From the NCBI GenBank assembly GCA_945952425.1, contig CAMFIX010000001.1, forward strand, positions 1-42,243: DNA of 42,243 nt, read 5' to 3'. This DNA is from an uncultured Pseudorhodobacter sp. Lineage in GTDB: Bacteria > Pseudomonadota > Alphaproteobacteria > Rhodobacterales > Rhodobacteraceae. Numbering within the stretch: position 1 is the first letter of the stretch; every line of letters starts with the position of its first letter. The notes below the pieces were generated by a model. That model searched no databases. It saw only the letters and a program-made list of their open reading frames with translations, and had not been told where the DNA came from. Positions 1 through 8,555 of this stretch are shown here, one piece after another. Position numbers and translations under genes: made by a program.

Positions 1-78
1 ATGCGCGCGCCGCCGCCAGGCGCCTCGCCCTGACCGGCGGCGCGGCCTTCGTCATCCTCGAAACCGTCGAGATCGTCG
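1..78. repeat. Terminal overlap (left copy) indicating a circular assembly
   Basis: 1-78 matches 42166-42243 except C24 versus A42189. Confidence 0.95.
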
Positions 79-125
79 GCATCCCCGACGACGACGCCCC
101 GCCCCTCCTCTGAAAGGACCGCCTG

Positions 126-452
126 ATGCAGCACGACCACCGCCTGCACCCCGTCGCCCGGACCGTGGCCCCGCCGCCCGGCATGCACCCGCGCCGCATC
201 CTCGAGCTGGAGATCTGGATCAGCCATATCGACCGCGTCCTGGCCAACAGCGCAACGCCCCTCGCCTTCGACGAGGCGCGCGCGCTCCTGCGCCGGTTCG
301 AACGCGCCGACGCCGCGACCGTCCACCGGACGGCCAGCCAGACCAGCATCCAGATGCTTGGCATCAGCGCCACCGCCAGCGGCTCGGACTATGCCGCGCT
401 CCGCAACTGGCAGATCGCCGCCCTGGCCCGCATCAAGGAGGCCGGCGAATGA
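126..452 (+). CDS. Hypothetical early phage protein
   Basis: RBS AAAGGA upstream; ATGA overlap with the next gene. Confidence 0.75.
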   Translation: MQHDHRLHPVARTVAPPPGMHPRRILELEIWISHIDRVLANSATPLAFDEARALLRRFERADAATVHRTASQTSIQMLGISATASGSDYAALRNWQIAALARIKEAGE

Positions 453-820
453 CCGCCACCTTTCGGCACGATCCCGACGTTGACATCGCCGCCAAGGTCC
501 GCGCAATCCACGAGATGGGCAAGCGCGCACGGGGCGCTCCGCCCTTGAAGCCGGACCCGGATTTCGACGCGGCGTCGCAAAACGCCTATGCCGTGACCGC
601 TGCCGAGCTGCGCCAGTACATCGAGCAGTTCGAGCAGCTAGAGGCGGAAAAGAAGGACATCGCCGCGCAGCAAAAAGAGGTCATGGCCGAGGCCAAGGCC
701 CGCGGCTTCGACACCAAGGTCATCCGCAAGATCATCGCGCTGAGGAAGCGCGACCCGGCGGATGTCGCCGAGGAAGAGGCGGCCCTTGATATGTACAAGG
801 CCGCGCTCGGCATGGCCTGA
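449..820 (+). CDS. DUF2312 / GapR-family nucleoid-associated protein
   Basis: ELRQYIEQFEQLEAEKKDIA...EAKARGFDTKVIRKIIALRK...LDMYKAALGM signature. Confidence 0.9.
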   Translation: MTATFRHDPDVDIAAKVRAIHEMGKRARGAPPLKPDPDFDAASQNAYAVTAAELRQYIEQFEQLEAEKKDIAAQQKEVMAEAKARGFDTKVIRKIIALRKRDPADVAEEEAALDMYKAALGMA

Positions 821-838
821 CCCCGCGCCTCAAGACCC

Positions 839-864
839 GCGCGGCCGGACCCAACCGGCCGCGC
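839..864. other. Intergenic perfect 10-bp hairpin without U-tract
   Basis: GCGCGGCCGG-acccaa-CCGGCCGCGC. Confidence 0.5.
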
Positions 865-883
865 CCACCAGAGGACAGAGTAG

Positions 884-1123
884 ATGACGAAAAACAAACT
901 CGGCGACCTGAAGGACCATCTTTTCGCCCAGCTCGAGCGTCTGGCAGACGATGACCTGACGCCCGAACAAATCGAGGCTGAGGTCAAGCGCACGGATGCG
1001 ATCGTGTCCCTGTCAGACCAGATCGTCGGTACCGCGGACCTGCAGCTTAAAGCGGCGAAGCTCTTTGCCGAGCACGGCGCTGGTGTCCTGCCGCATCTGC
1101 CGCAGATCGGAAAAGCCGAATGA
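884..1123 (+). CDS. Conserved small phage protein (KNKL.DL..HLFAQLERL type), often upstream of HNH genes
   Basis: Motif recognition; RBS GAGGA; coupled to the next ORF. Confidence 0.75.
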   Translation: MTKNKLGDLKDHLFAQLERLADDDLTPEQIEAEVKRTDAIVSLSDQIVGTADLQLKAAKLFAEHGAGVLPHLPQIGKAE

Positions 1124-1755
1124 AGGGCCACTGGATCGATTATTGCAAGGCCGAACTTGCCTGGATCGAGGCACACAAGGAACTGCCCCGCGCCGAGGCG
1201 CACCAACGGTTCGTGGCGCTCTTCGGCCGCACCGACGTGACGCAGGGCGCCTACGCCGCGCTCTGCAAGCGCAAGGGCTGGCTGACCGGGCGCACCGGGT
1301 GCTTCGCGCCGGGCCAGGTGCCCGCCAACAAGGGCAAGACGATGCCCTACCACCCGAACAGTGCCCGGACGCAGTTCAAGAAGGGCGGTCTGCCCCACAA
1401 CACGCAGTTCCTCGGCCACGAGCGGTTGTCGAAGGACGGCTATATCGAGGTCAGTGTGGCCGAGACGAACCCCCATACGGGCTACGAGCGGCGCTACGTG
1501 CAGAAGCACCGCTGGCTCTGGGAACAGGCGAACGGCCCGGTGCCGGACGGCATGGCGCTGAAGTCGCTCGACGGAAACCGCCAGAACACCGACCCCTCGA
1601 ATTGGGTGGCGATCCCCCGCGCCATGCTGCCGCGCCTGAACAGCCGCTTCGGCCGCGACTATGACGTCGCGCCGCCCGAGCTGAAGCCGGTGATACTGGC
1701 TACCACCCGCCTGGAACACCGGGCGCGCGAGCTTCGGAAAGGCGGCAAGCCATGA
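1120..1755 (+). CDS. HNH endonuclease-family protein with NUMOD-like N-terminal repeats
   Basis: F.PGQVPANKG and FKKGGLPHN repeats; HRWLWEQANGPVP...DGNRQN..PSNW. Confidence 0.8.
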   Translation: MKGHWIDYCKAELAWIEAHKELPRAEAHQRFVALFGRTDVTQGAYAALCKRKGWLTGRTGCFAPGQVPANKGKTMPYHPNSARTQFKKGGLPHNTQFLGHERLSKDGYIEVSVAETNPHTGYERRYVQKHRWLWEQANGPVPDGMALKSLDGNRQNTDPSNWVAIPRAMLPRLNSRFGRDYDVAPPELKPVILATTRLEHRARELRKGGKP

Positions 1756-2000
1756 GACTCATCACCCACAGCATCGTCACCTATCAGATCGAGGTCCCGG
1801 AGGACACGGTCCGCTCGGCACTGATCGCCGAGGCGCTCGACCGCCACGGCCTGACCCATGACGGCAAGGCCATCCCGGGCGTCAGCAGCAAGGTCACTTT
1901 CGAGGGCCGCCGCGGTAGCGGCACCTACATCGTCCACATCACCCGCGACACCAGCAAGAGCGGCCAGGCCAGCCTGCCGGCGCCGGAGGGGGCGAAATGA
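1752..2000 (+). CDS. Hypothetical protein
   Basis: ATGA-coupled on both sides. Confidence 0.7.
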   Translation: MRLITHSIVTYQIEVPEDTVRSALIAEALDRHGLTHDGKAIPGVSSKVTFEGRRGSGTYIVHITRDTSKSGQASLPAPEGAK

Positions 2001-2149
2001 CCGACCCCGACGACCTCTGGCCCCGCCGCGCGCCGCAGGATGACAGCGTGCAGTTGCGCGTCGCCTTCGCGGCGATCGTGATCGCCATCATCGCCGGCGC
2101 CATCGCCTTCTGGGTCGGCCTCGCCGTCCTGATTGTGTGGGGATGGTGA
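1997..2149 (+). CDS. Small membrane protein (50 aa, not in the ORF track)
   Basis: MTDPDDLWPRRAPQDDSVQLRVAFAAIVIAIIAGAIAFWVGLAVLIVWGW; overlaps both neighbours. Confidence 0.65.
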   Translation: MTDPDDLWPRRAPQDDSVQLRVAFAAIVIAIIAGAIAFWVGLAVLIVWGW

Positions 2150-3192
2150 TGGCCGAGACGAGCACGATCGAATGGACGGACGCAACATGGAACCCGATCA
2201 CCGGCTGCACGCTGGTGAGCCAAGGGTGTCGGCACTGCTATGCCGCGACGCTGGCCGCCACGCGGCTGAAAAACCACCCGAGCCGCGCAGGGCTCGCGCG
2301 CATCAATGCGGCCGGAGAAACGAAATTCACTGGCGAGGTGCGGCTGAACAAGGACTGGCTCGACCAACCGCTCCGCTGGGGGCGCCCGCGCCGGATATTC
2401 GTCTGCGCCCATGGCGATCTGTTCCATGAGAGTGTGCCGGATGAATGGATCGACCGTGTGTTTGCCGTCATGGCGCTGGCCCCGCGGCATACCTTTCAGG
2501 TGCTGACCAAGCGGCCGGAGCGCGCGCGCGAATATCTGTCATCTTTGCTGCTAGAGTTTGGTCAGTTGGTCGGCTGGACTGTCCGGTTTCGAGACGCCGC
2601 CAGGAAGGCCGGCGCGCTTCTGGGTGACTTGTCCAGCATTCGGGCCACGACATGGCCACTGCCCAACGTCTGGATCGGGACTTCGGTCGAGGATGAGGCC
2701 ACCGCCGACGCGCGCATCCCGCATCTGCTGGCCACGCCTGCCGCCGTGCGGTTTGTCTCGGCCGAGCCGCTGCTTGGGCCGGTTGACCTGATGCCCTACC
2801 TCTTCATCGTGACGCATGATGATGACGCGCAACTCGAATGCGTATGTTCGGACGCGCCGATGCCGTTTCACGACCCTGCAACCATGAGCCCCGACGACAT
2901 CGCCACGCCGCGCCTCGACTGGGTGATCGTCGGCGGCGAGAGCGGCAAGCACGCCCGCCCCATGCATCCGGACTGGGCGCGCTCCCTCCGGGACCAGTGC
3001 GTGACTGCGGGCGTGCCATTCTTTTTCAAGCAGTGGGGTGAGTGGATATCGGCTTCCGAAGTCGAGGGGCCCGGTGTTCATTTCCACTTCCCGGATGGCG
3101 CAACCGTGCGGCGCACCGGCAGGGCGCTCGCGGGCCGCACCATCAATGGCCGCACATGGGACCAGGTGCCAGCCCAGAAAGGCAGTGCCTGA
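2149..3192 (+). CDS. Phage Gp37/Gp68 (DUF5131) family three-Cys protein
   Basis: TIEWTDATWNPITGC..VSQGCRHCYA, FQVLTKRPER, SAEPLLG, WVIVGGESG, FFFKQWG. Confidence 0.93.
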   Translation: MAETSTIEWTDATWNPITGCTLVSQGCRHCYAATLAATRLKNHPSRAGLARINAAGETKFTGEVRLNKDWLDQPLRWGRPRRIFVCAHGDLFHESVPDEWIDRVFAVMALAPRHTFQVLTKRPERAREYLSSLLLEFGQLVGWTVRFRDAARKAGALLGDLSSIRATTWPLPNVWIGTSVEDEATADARIPHLLATPAAVRFVSAEPLLGPVDLMPYLFIVTHDDDAQLECVCSDAPMPFHDPATMSPDDIATPRLDWVIVGGESGKHARPMHPDWARSLRDQCVTAGVPFFFKQWGEWISASEVEGPGVHFHFPDGATVRRTGRALAGRTINGRTWDQVPAQKGSA

Positions 3193-3410
3193 TGGGCCGC
3201 ATGACCAATGCGGTCCGCCCCTGGTGCGCCATTGCACAATACCCCGGCCTGAAACGGTTTCTGGTCGGCACTGTCGCGCTGACCGACAAGGCGCGGCACG
3301 ACGAAATCATCGACGCGCTGACCACGCATGCCCTGACCATTCTCCCGCCAGGGTTCACAATCATCGAGCCGCGCTGCGGGGCTCTGTTTTTTCAGGAGGA
3401 CCCGACATGA
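3192..3410 (+). CDS. Hypothetical protein
   Basis: TGATG coupling; MGRMTNAVRPW... Confidence 0.6.
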   Translation: MGRMTNAVRPWCAIAQYPGLKRFLVGTVALTDKARHDEIIDALTTHALTILPPGFTIIEPRCGALFFQEDPT

Positions 3411-3541
3411 CCACATTCGCCGAAAAATATGCCGTCGGTCCGTTCGACCCTAGCAATCCATGCGACCAGATGGGCGAGCGGGCGGCGGAGTGGATGCGCG
3501 ACTGCGGCCTGATCTGCACCCCGGACGCGCCGACACCATGA
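3407..3541 (+). CDS. Small hypothetical protein (44 aa)
   Basis: RBS GGAGGA; ATGA overlaps at both ends. Confidence 0.5.
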   Translation: MTTFAEKYAVGPFDPSNPCDQMGERAAEWMRDCGLICTPDAPTP

Positions 3542-3774
3542 CTGCCGCCCGCCACGTCATCGCATTCGCCCCGCGCCTTATGGCCGCACCAGAGGCGGCG
3601 GCCTATATCGGCGTGTCGGAATCGATGCTTCGGACGCTCGGGATCCCGCGCAAGGTCCTCGGCGCAAAGCGGCTCTACGATCGGCTGGCGCTTGACGAGT
3701 TCGCCTCTTCGCTCACCAATGAGGGCGAGCAGGAGGAGAATCCATGCGATCGCATCTTCGGTCTGAGCGGGTGA
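3538..3774 (+). CDS. xis: Excisionase-like winged-HTH protein
   Basis: PRLM...EAAAYIGVS...RLYDRLALD; directly upstream of the integrase. Confidence 0.75.
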   Translation: MTAARHVIAFAPRLMAAPEAAAYIGVSESMLRTLGIPRKVLGAKRLYDRLALDEFASSLTNEGEQEENPCDRIFGLSG

Positions 3775-4811
3775 AGCTGCCCCGCGTCCACCGGCTGATG
3801 AAAAGCGGCAAGCTCTACAAATGGCACCGAGTGACGCGGAAACCGCTCCCGGCCGACGTTCCCGAGGACGATCCCACCTTCATCGCGGCGTGGACGGCAG
3901 AGGAGGCGGCGAAGCCGTCGCCCAGGACGCGCGGCGCCCCTGGCAGCATCTCGGCCGCCTGGGTCGCGCTGAAGCGCACCACTCATTTCGGCAACTTTTC
4001 GGCAGGCTACCGCGCGCAGATCGTGCGGCACGGCGACGCAATCTGCGCGGCCTACGGTGACGCGCCCGTTGCCGGCCTGCGCAAGCGCCATATCGAGCAT
4101 GACCTGAGCCAGCTCGCGCCCCACGCCGCAACGAAGCGGCTGAAGACCTGGCGGCTGATCTGCGCCCACGCCAATTCGGATGCGACCGTCGGCCTGTCGA
4201 AACCCAAGGCGCCGAAGGCGGTATCCCACGCGCCCTGGGAGGCCGACGAGATCGCAGCCTACCGCCGCCGTTGGCCGATCGGTAGCGCCGCGCGGCTCGC
4301 CTTCGAGATGCTCTACTGGACGGCGGCGCGGACCAGCGATGCCGTGCGCCTTGGCCCATCATTCGTCGGATCGGATGGGCTGCTCACCTATCGGCAGCAG
4401 AAGACAAAGAATCCCGCCCATGTGCCCTGGTCGAGTGCCCTGCCGGACTGGGCCGCGGAGTGGGCGGCCGACCGTGATCTCCTGCATCAGAGCCTGCCGC
4501 CTGGCGGGGTGTTCACGTTTCTTGAGGTCGCAGGTCGCCAGCGGTCCTGCAAGGGCCTCAGCAACCGGATCACCCGATCGGCCGAGACGGCCGGAATCTA
4601 CGGCAAGACCGCGCACGGCTTGCGGGCCACGCGCCTCACGTTGATCGCCGAGGCCGGCGGTTCGACACAGGCAATCATGTCGTGGGGCGGCCATGTCACC
4701 CTCTCCGAAGCCGAGCTCTACACCAAGAAAGCGGACCGCCGAAGGGTTCTGCTGGGCACGGAACGGAAACAGAACCCTGTAAACCTGCCGGAAAAAGCTG
4801 TAAACTCGTGA
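3744..4811 (+). CDS. int: Tyrosine recombinase/integrase (start may be GTG 3771)
   Basis: Catalytic R (TAARTSDA), H-x-x-R (HGLR), H (GGH), Y (ELYT). Confidence 0.93.
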   Translation: MRSHLRSERVKLPRVHRLMKSGKLYKWHRVTRKPLPADVPEDDPTFIAAWTAEEAAKPSPRTRGAPGSISAAWVALKRTTHFGNFSAGYRAQIVRHGDAICAAYGDAPVAGLRKRHIEHDLSQLAPHAATKRLKTWRLICAHANSDATVGLSKPKAPKAVSHAPWEADEIAAYRRRWPIGSAARLAFEMLYWTAARTSDAVRLGPSFVGSDGLLTYRQQKTKNPAHVPWSSALPDWAAEWAADRDLLHQSLPPGGVFTFLEVAGRQRSCKGLSNRITRSAETAGIYGKTAHGLRATRLTLIAEAGGSTQAIMSWGGHVTLSEAELYTKKADRRRVLLGTERKQNPVNLPEKAVNS

Positions 4812-4957
4812 TATTTATCAAGCAAAATCAATTGCTTGCAGGAATGGTGGCGACCCCGGGAGGAGTACTGCAATCGTGCTTTTTCATAAGCTTCCGCTGT
4901 AAACCATGCCCGATGCCACCCATTGAGTCCCAAAGGTTTTTTCTTGGCTCTGTAAAC
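4777..4957. other. attP: tRNA-3'-end core (4848-4864) flanked by four arm-type repeats
   Basis: Minus strand TCCTCCCGGGGTCGCCA resembles a tRNA T-stem, acceptor strand and CCA; CTGTAAAC at 4777, 4798, 4897 and 4950. Confidence 0.75.
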
Positions 4958-5145
4958 CGTCACATGCCTATGACGCGGCCCTGCCTAAACGAATTGGCTT
5001 TCCGCGCGCCCATGCCGCTGATCGATGTGGCCCGGGCCTGAGGCCGCTCAAAATTTCTTTGCTATCCCTCTTGCGTGCGATTTCTGAAGTGTTACATATG
5101 AGTTATAGAAACCGGGCACTGGCCCACCTGATCGAGGAAAAACGA

Positions 5146-5466
5146 ATGGCTTACTCCCTGACCCTCTGGACCCACCCCACCTCCGGGCAGATCCGGCTCT
5201 ACGTGAACGGCACCACGCGCTCCGGCGTTTACCTGATGCGCAGCCCCACGACCGGCCGGGTGGTCTGGTCCTCCAAGACCGCCGACACGCCCCCCAAGTT
5301 CCGCAAGGGCGACCATTACGGCAAGGTCAACAAGGACAGTGCTGCCGCCAACGACGTGGCCGCGATGTTCGGCATCGTCCTCGGCGATGCGAGCCTGGCC
5401 GACGCCGATGCGATCTGGGAGCGCGCCTGCGGCCTCGCCCGCGACGGCATCCAGCTGGAGGCCTGA
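5146..5466 (+). CDS. Hypothetical protein, first gene of the accessory operon
   Basis: RBS GAGGA before ATG 5146; AT-rich promoter-like region at about 5050-5110. Confidence 0.75.
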   Translation: MAYSLTLWTHPTSGQIRLYVNGTTRSGVYLMRSPTTGRVVWSSKTADTPPKFRKGDHYGKVNKDSAAANDVAAMFGIVLGDASLADADAIWERACGLARDGIQLEA

Positions 5467-5469
5467 GCG

Positions 5470-5898
5470 ATGGAACTCTATGTCTGGTCCCAGAAGAACG
5501 CCGAAAAGCACGGCCACGCGAAAGCCTATCTGGCCCGGCTCAAGCCGGGCCTGCGCGGCAGCGTCGCGCGTGAGTTCTTGCCGAAAACGGCTGGGTCCGA
5601 GGGCAACCGGCGCGTGTTCGGCGCCGCGGTCCGCCCGGGTGAGGTCTTCGAGGCCCGGCGGTGGGAGTGGGATGGCGAGCGTTACGCGGGCGGCACCGTC
5701 TGGGTCGGCGTCCAAGCCGATGGGAGCCTTCTGCCGCTGACCCGCGACGAGGCCATGCTCGCCGCCACGTCGCCCCGGATCGAGGGGCCAGCCCCCGCCC
5801 TGTCGACGGTCGTGGATTATGAGCGCGCCCACAGGTTCGCTCCGCGCGGCCTTACGCTGGTGGTGGAGCGACCGGACGTGCCGGTTTGTGACCTCTGA
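5470..5898 (+). CDS. Hypothetical protein, probable distant paralogue of 7741-8163
   Basis: RBS GGAGG; shared motif pattern (see findings). Confidence 0.75.
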   Translation: MELYVWSQKNAEKHGHAKAYLARLKPGLRGSVAREFLPKTAGSEGNRRVFGAAVRPGEVFEARRWEWDGERYAGGTVWVGVQADGSLLPLTRDEAMLAATSPRIEGPAPALSTVVDYERAHRFAPRGLTLVVERPDVPVCDL

Positions 5899-5916
5899 TA
5901 CCGGAGTTCATTTACA

Positions 5917-7116
5917 ATGTCGAAACTTAAGAGCAACCTTGATTGCGACGTGCTCGTTGCTGCAAGGCGGCGTATATCAATCGTTTTCGACCGATTCGAA
6001 CGTATTTATCTATCGTTCTCGGCCGGCAAGGACAGCACTGCGATGCTGCATTTGGTAGCAGACGAAGCCCGCCGCAGGGGCCGAAGGATTGGCCTTCTGC
6101 TCATCGATCTAGAGGCTCAATATAAGGCCACAATCGCGCACGCTGAGCGCTGTTTTGCGCTTTATGACGACTGCATCGATCCTTACTGGGTCTCATTGCC
6201 TTTGGCCCTCAGGAACGCTGTCAGTGTTTACCAGCCTAAATGGTTGTGTTTCGACCCGGAGCGCCGAGACGATTGGGTGCGTGAACCCCCGCGCTACGCC
6301 ATTACCGACGAGAACTACTTCGATTTCTTTCGGAGAGGGATGGAGTTTGAGGAGTTCGTTGACGAATTCGCGGAGTGGTATTCGCAAGGCCAAAGCACCG
6401 CTTGTTTTGTTGGAATTAGGTCCGACGAGAGCTTGAATAGGTTTCGCACACTGATCAAGGATAAAAGGATGCTGGACCGCTATCGCTGGACGACTTGGGT
6501 GCGCGGGTCCACCTTCAATGCCTATCCAATCTATGACTGGAAGGTGTCAGATATCTGGAAGTTCTGCAGCCTGTCGCGTCTACCTCAGAACGAAATCTAT
6601 ACCCTGATGAATAAGGCGGGGGTCCCCCTTTCTGCACAGCGTATTTGCCAGCCCTATGGCGACGATCAGCGCCGCGGGTTGTGGCTCTACCATCTATTGG
6701 AGCCTGAAACCTGGGCTCTCGTGGTCCGGCGCGTCCAAGGTGTCAACGGCGGGGCACTCTATGCCCGCGAGACCGGCAACATTACCGGTGTGGGCAAAAT
6801 CAGCAGGCCTGAGAATATGACGTGGCGCAAATATGCCGAAATTCTTCTTGCATCGATGCCGCTGGCAACACGCGAGCATTATCAGACAAAATTTTCAGTC
6901 TATATCAGGTGGTATGCGTCCCGTGGATATCCCAACGGAATACCAGATGACGGACCAATCCTGAAAGGACCGCCGAGCTGGGCGCGCATCTGCAAAGTTC
7001 TCCTTCGAAACGACTACTGGTGCAAGGGCCTGTCCTTCAGTCAAACAAAATCCACCAACTACCAAAATTACATGGATATCATGAAGCGCCGTCGCGCGAA
7101 ATGGGGGGCCTACTGA
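5917..7116 (+). CDS. ibrA: IbrA/YbdN-like PAPS-reductase-fold (PP-loop) protein with DUF3440 C-terminus
   Basis: SFSAGKDS PP-loop, GIRSDES, YPIYDW, QRICQPYGDDQRRGL, PSWARICKVLLRNDYWCKGLSF. Confidence 0.9.
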   Translation: MSKLKSNLDCDVLVAARRRISIVFDRFERIYLSFSAGKDSTAMLHLVADEARRRGRRIGLLLIDLEAQYKATIAHAERCFALYDDCIDPYWVSLPLALRNAVSVYQPKWLCFDPERRDDWVREPPRYAITDENYFDFFRRGMEFEEFVDEFAEWYSQGQSTACFVGIRSDESLNRFRTLIKDKRMLDRYRWTTWVRGSTFNAYPIYDWKVSDIWKFCSLSRLPQNEIYTLMNKAGVPLSAQRICQPYGDDQRRGLWLYHLLEPETWALVVRRVQGVNGGALYARETGNITGVGKISRPENMTWRKYAEILLASMPLATREHYQTKFSVYIRWYASRGYPNGIPDDGPILKGPPSWARICKVLLRNDYWCKGLSFSQTKSTNYQNYMDIMKRRRAKWGAY

Positions 7117-7748
7117 TGGATATATTCGACCATATTAATGCCTTGAAGGATTTGCCAAGCTGCGAGCGGATCGAAGCTATAAACCGCATAAAGAAGGCGC
7201 TCCATGGCGTCTCGCCGATGGCCCACGAGCCTGTTGATTGTGTAATTTGGGTGGCTGCCGAAATGGTTTCGGCGAACGACTACAACCCCAATACGGTTGC
7301 TGCTCCTGAATTGGCGCTACTTGAGCATTCGATTGAGTGTGACGGTTATACCCAGCCAGTTGTGGTTATGTCAGAAAACACTAGGTTCACCATAATCGAC
7401 GGCTTCCACCGCTCACGGGTTGGCCGTGAATCCAAGTCCGTCCGGGAACGAACCGGAGGCTACGTTCCAATAGCTATTGTCAACGCGGAGCGCAGCGCGC
7501 GCAGCGATCGCATCGCAGCGACCATTAGACATAATCGCGCGCGGGGAAAACATGGTGTCACGGCCATGTCGGACATCGTAATGGAGCTATACCAGCGCAA
7601 TTGGTCCGATCAGAAGATCGGCAAAGAGTTGGGGATGGATGCAGACGAGGTGCTACGGCTACGCCAGATTGGCGGCTTGGAGCGCATGTTTCAAAACGAG
7701 GAGTTTTCCCGCGCGTGGGAAATTGATGAGGAGGCCCTGAATGGCTGA
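7116..7748 (+). CDS. ibrB: IbrB/YbdM-like ParB/Srx-domain protein with C-terminal HTH
   Basis: ANDYNPN, DGYTQPVV, IIDGFHR, TIRHNRARGKH, IGKELGMDADEVLRL; TGATG coupling to ibrA. Confidence 0.9.
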   Translation: MDIFDHINALKDLPSCERIEAINRIKKALHGVSPMAHEPVDCVIWVAAEMVSANDYNPNTVAAPELALLEHSIECDGYTQPVVVMSENTRFTIIDGFHRSRVGRESKSVRERTGGYVPIAIVNAERSARSDRIAATIRHNRARGKHGVTAMSDIVMELYQRNWSDQKIGKELGMDADEVLRLRQIGGLERMFQNEEFSRAWEIDEEALNG

Positions 7749-8163
7749 CGTGTCCCTCCGTCTGGAAAGCATAGGCGATGCTCAACGCCACAAATACTGG
7801 CTGCACCAATCGGGTAAAGCAAAGATGGGTGAGCAGGCTGCAAGAGGCGCAGCCTCGTTAATGGGAAAGAAGCCGTTCGTAAAACTGGTGGTCGGGATGT
7901 CGCCAAAGGGCCGGCCCGTGAAGCGGGAGATCGTGGGTTTCAAGGACTATACCAGCGTTCAATCAGGCATCGGCCAGCGCGGTGTCTTCTACTGCTATTC
8001 GCTCCGGGAGGGTGGAATGTATTTGATCCGAGAACAGATTAGCCAGAAAAGGACGAAAGAGTATTGGGCCTTCGTATGGAAGGGTCGCATTCATCGCGTG
8101 AGTGAGGCGGTAGCACTCGACTATGCTTCTCGTGCTCGCGACGCACAAGCGAGTTTCTCATGA
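7741..8163 (+). CDS. Hypothetical protein coupled to ibrB
   Basis: RBS GAGGAGG; 8-bp overlap; same low GC as ibrAB. Confidence 0.8.
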   Translation: MADVSLRLESIGDAQRHKYWLHQSGKAKMGEQAARGAASLMGKKPFVKLVVGMSPKGRPVKREIVGFKDYTSVQSGIGQRGVFYCYSLREGGMYLIREQISQKRTKEYWAFVWKGRIHRVSEAVALDYASRARDAQASFS

Positions 8164-8555
8164 CCATCAGCAAGCCAGCGGTCGGCGCCCCCTGCAACGG
8201 CTGCGGCATCTGCTGCCGGGCGCAGGTCTGTTCTCTCGGCAGCATGACGCTGCGGCTTGTTAGAGAGTATGGTGACCGAGCGCCGGGGCCGTGCCCCGCG
8301 ATCCGGTCCCGGCCCGACGGCTCTATCCGCTGTGGGCTGATCGAGCGGCCGCGTGACTATGCCTGGGGCCGGGCGAGTGTTCACGATCTGCGCGCCGCAG
8401 CCGCACTGCTCATCGGCTCGGGTTCTGGCTGCGACGAGCCCGACGGCCCCCAAGACGATGATGCACTGGCCGCGATGCAGCAGGCCTATCTGCGGATCCA
8501 CTCGGTCGCACGGATCAACCGCGCTATGGCGCTCTGGTTTGGAGTATCAGGATGA
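8160..8555 (+). CDS. Cys-cluster protein (CxxCxxCC, YkgJ-like metal or Fe-S binding)
   Basis: PCNGCGICC...C...GPCP...RCGL...GCD. Confidence 0.75.
   Translation: MTISKPAVGAPCNGCGICCRAQVCSLGSMTLRLVREYGDRAPGPCPAIRSRPDGSIRCGLIERPRDYAWGRASVHDLRAAAALLIGSGSGCDEPDGPQDDDALAAMQQAYLRIHSVARINRAMALWFGVSG

Noticed and set aside
1-78. Biological direct terminal repeat
   Set aside because: It lies mid-ORF, and the GpA terminase plus cos-like site point to ends near 32.9 kb; an assembly overlap is more likely
4848-4864. Complete tRNA gene after the integrase
   Set aside because: Only the last 17 nt are tRNA-like, with no T loop or 5' half, so it is treated as the attP core
5917-7116. cysH sulfur-assimilation auxiliary gene or type IV CRISPR CysH
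   Set aside because: The DUF3440-type C-terminus and coupling to a ParB-like gene fit IbrA/YbdN; no csf or cys genes nearby
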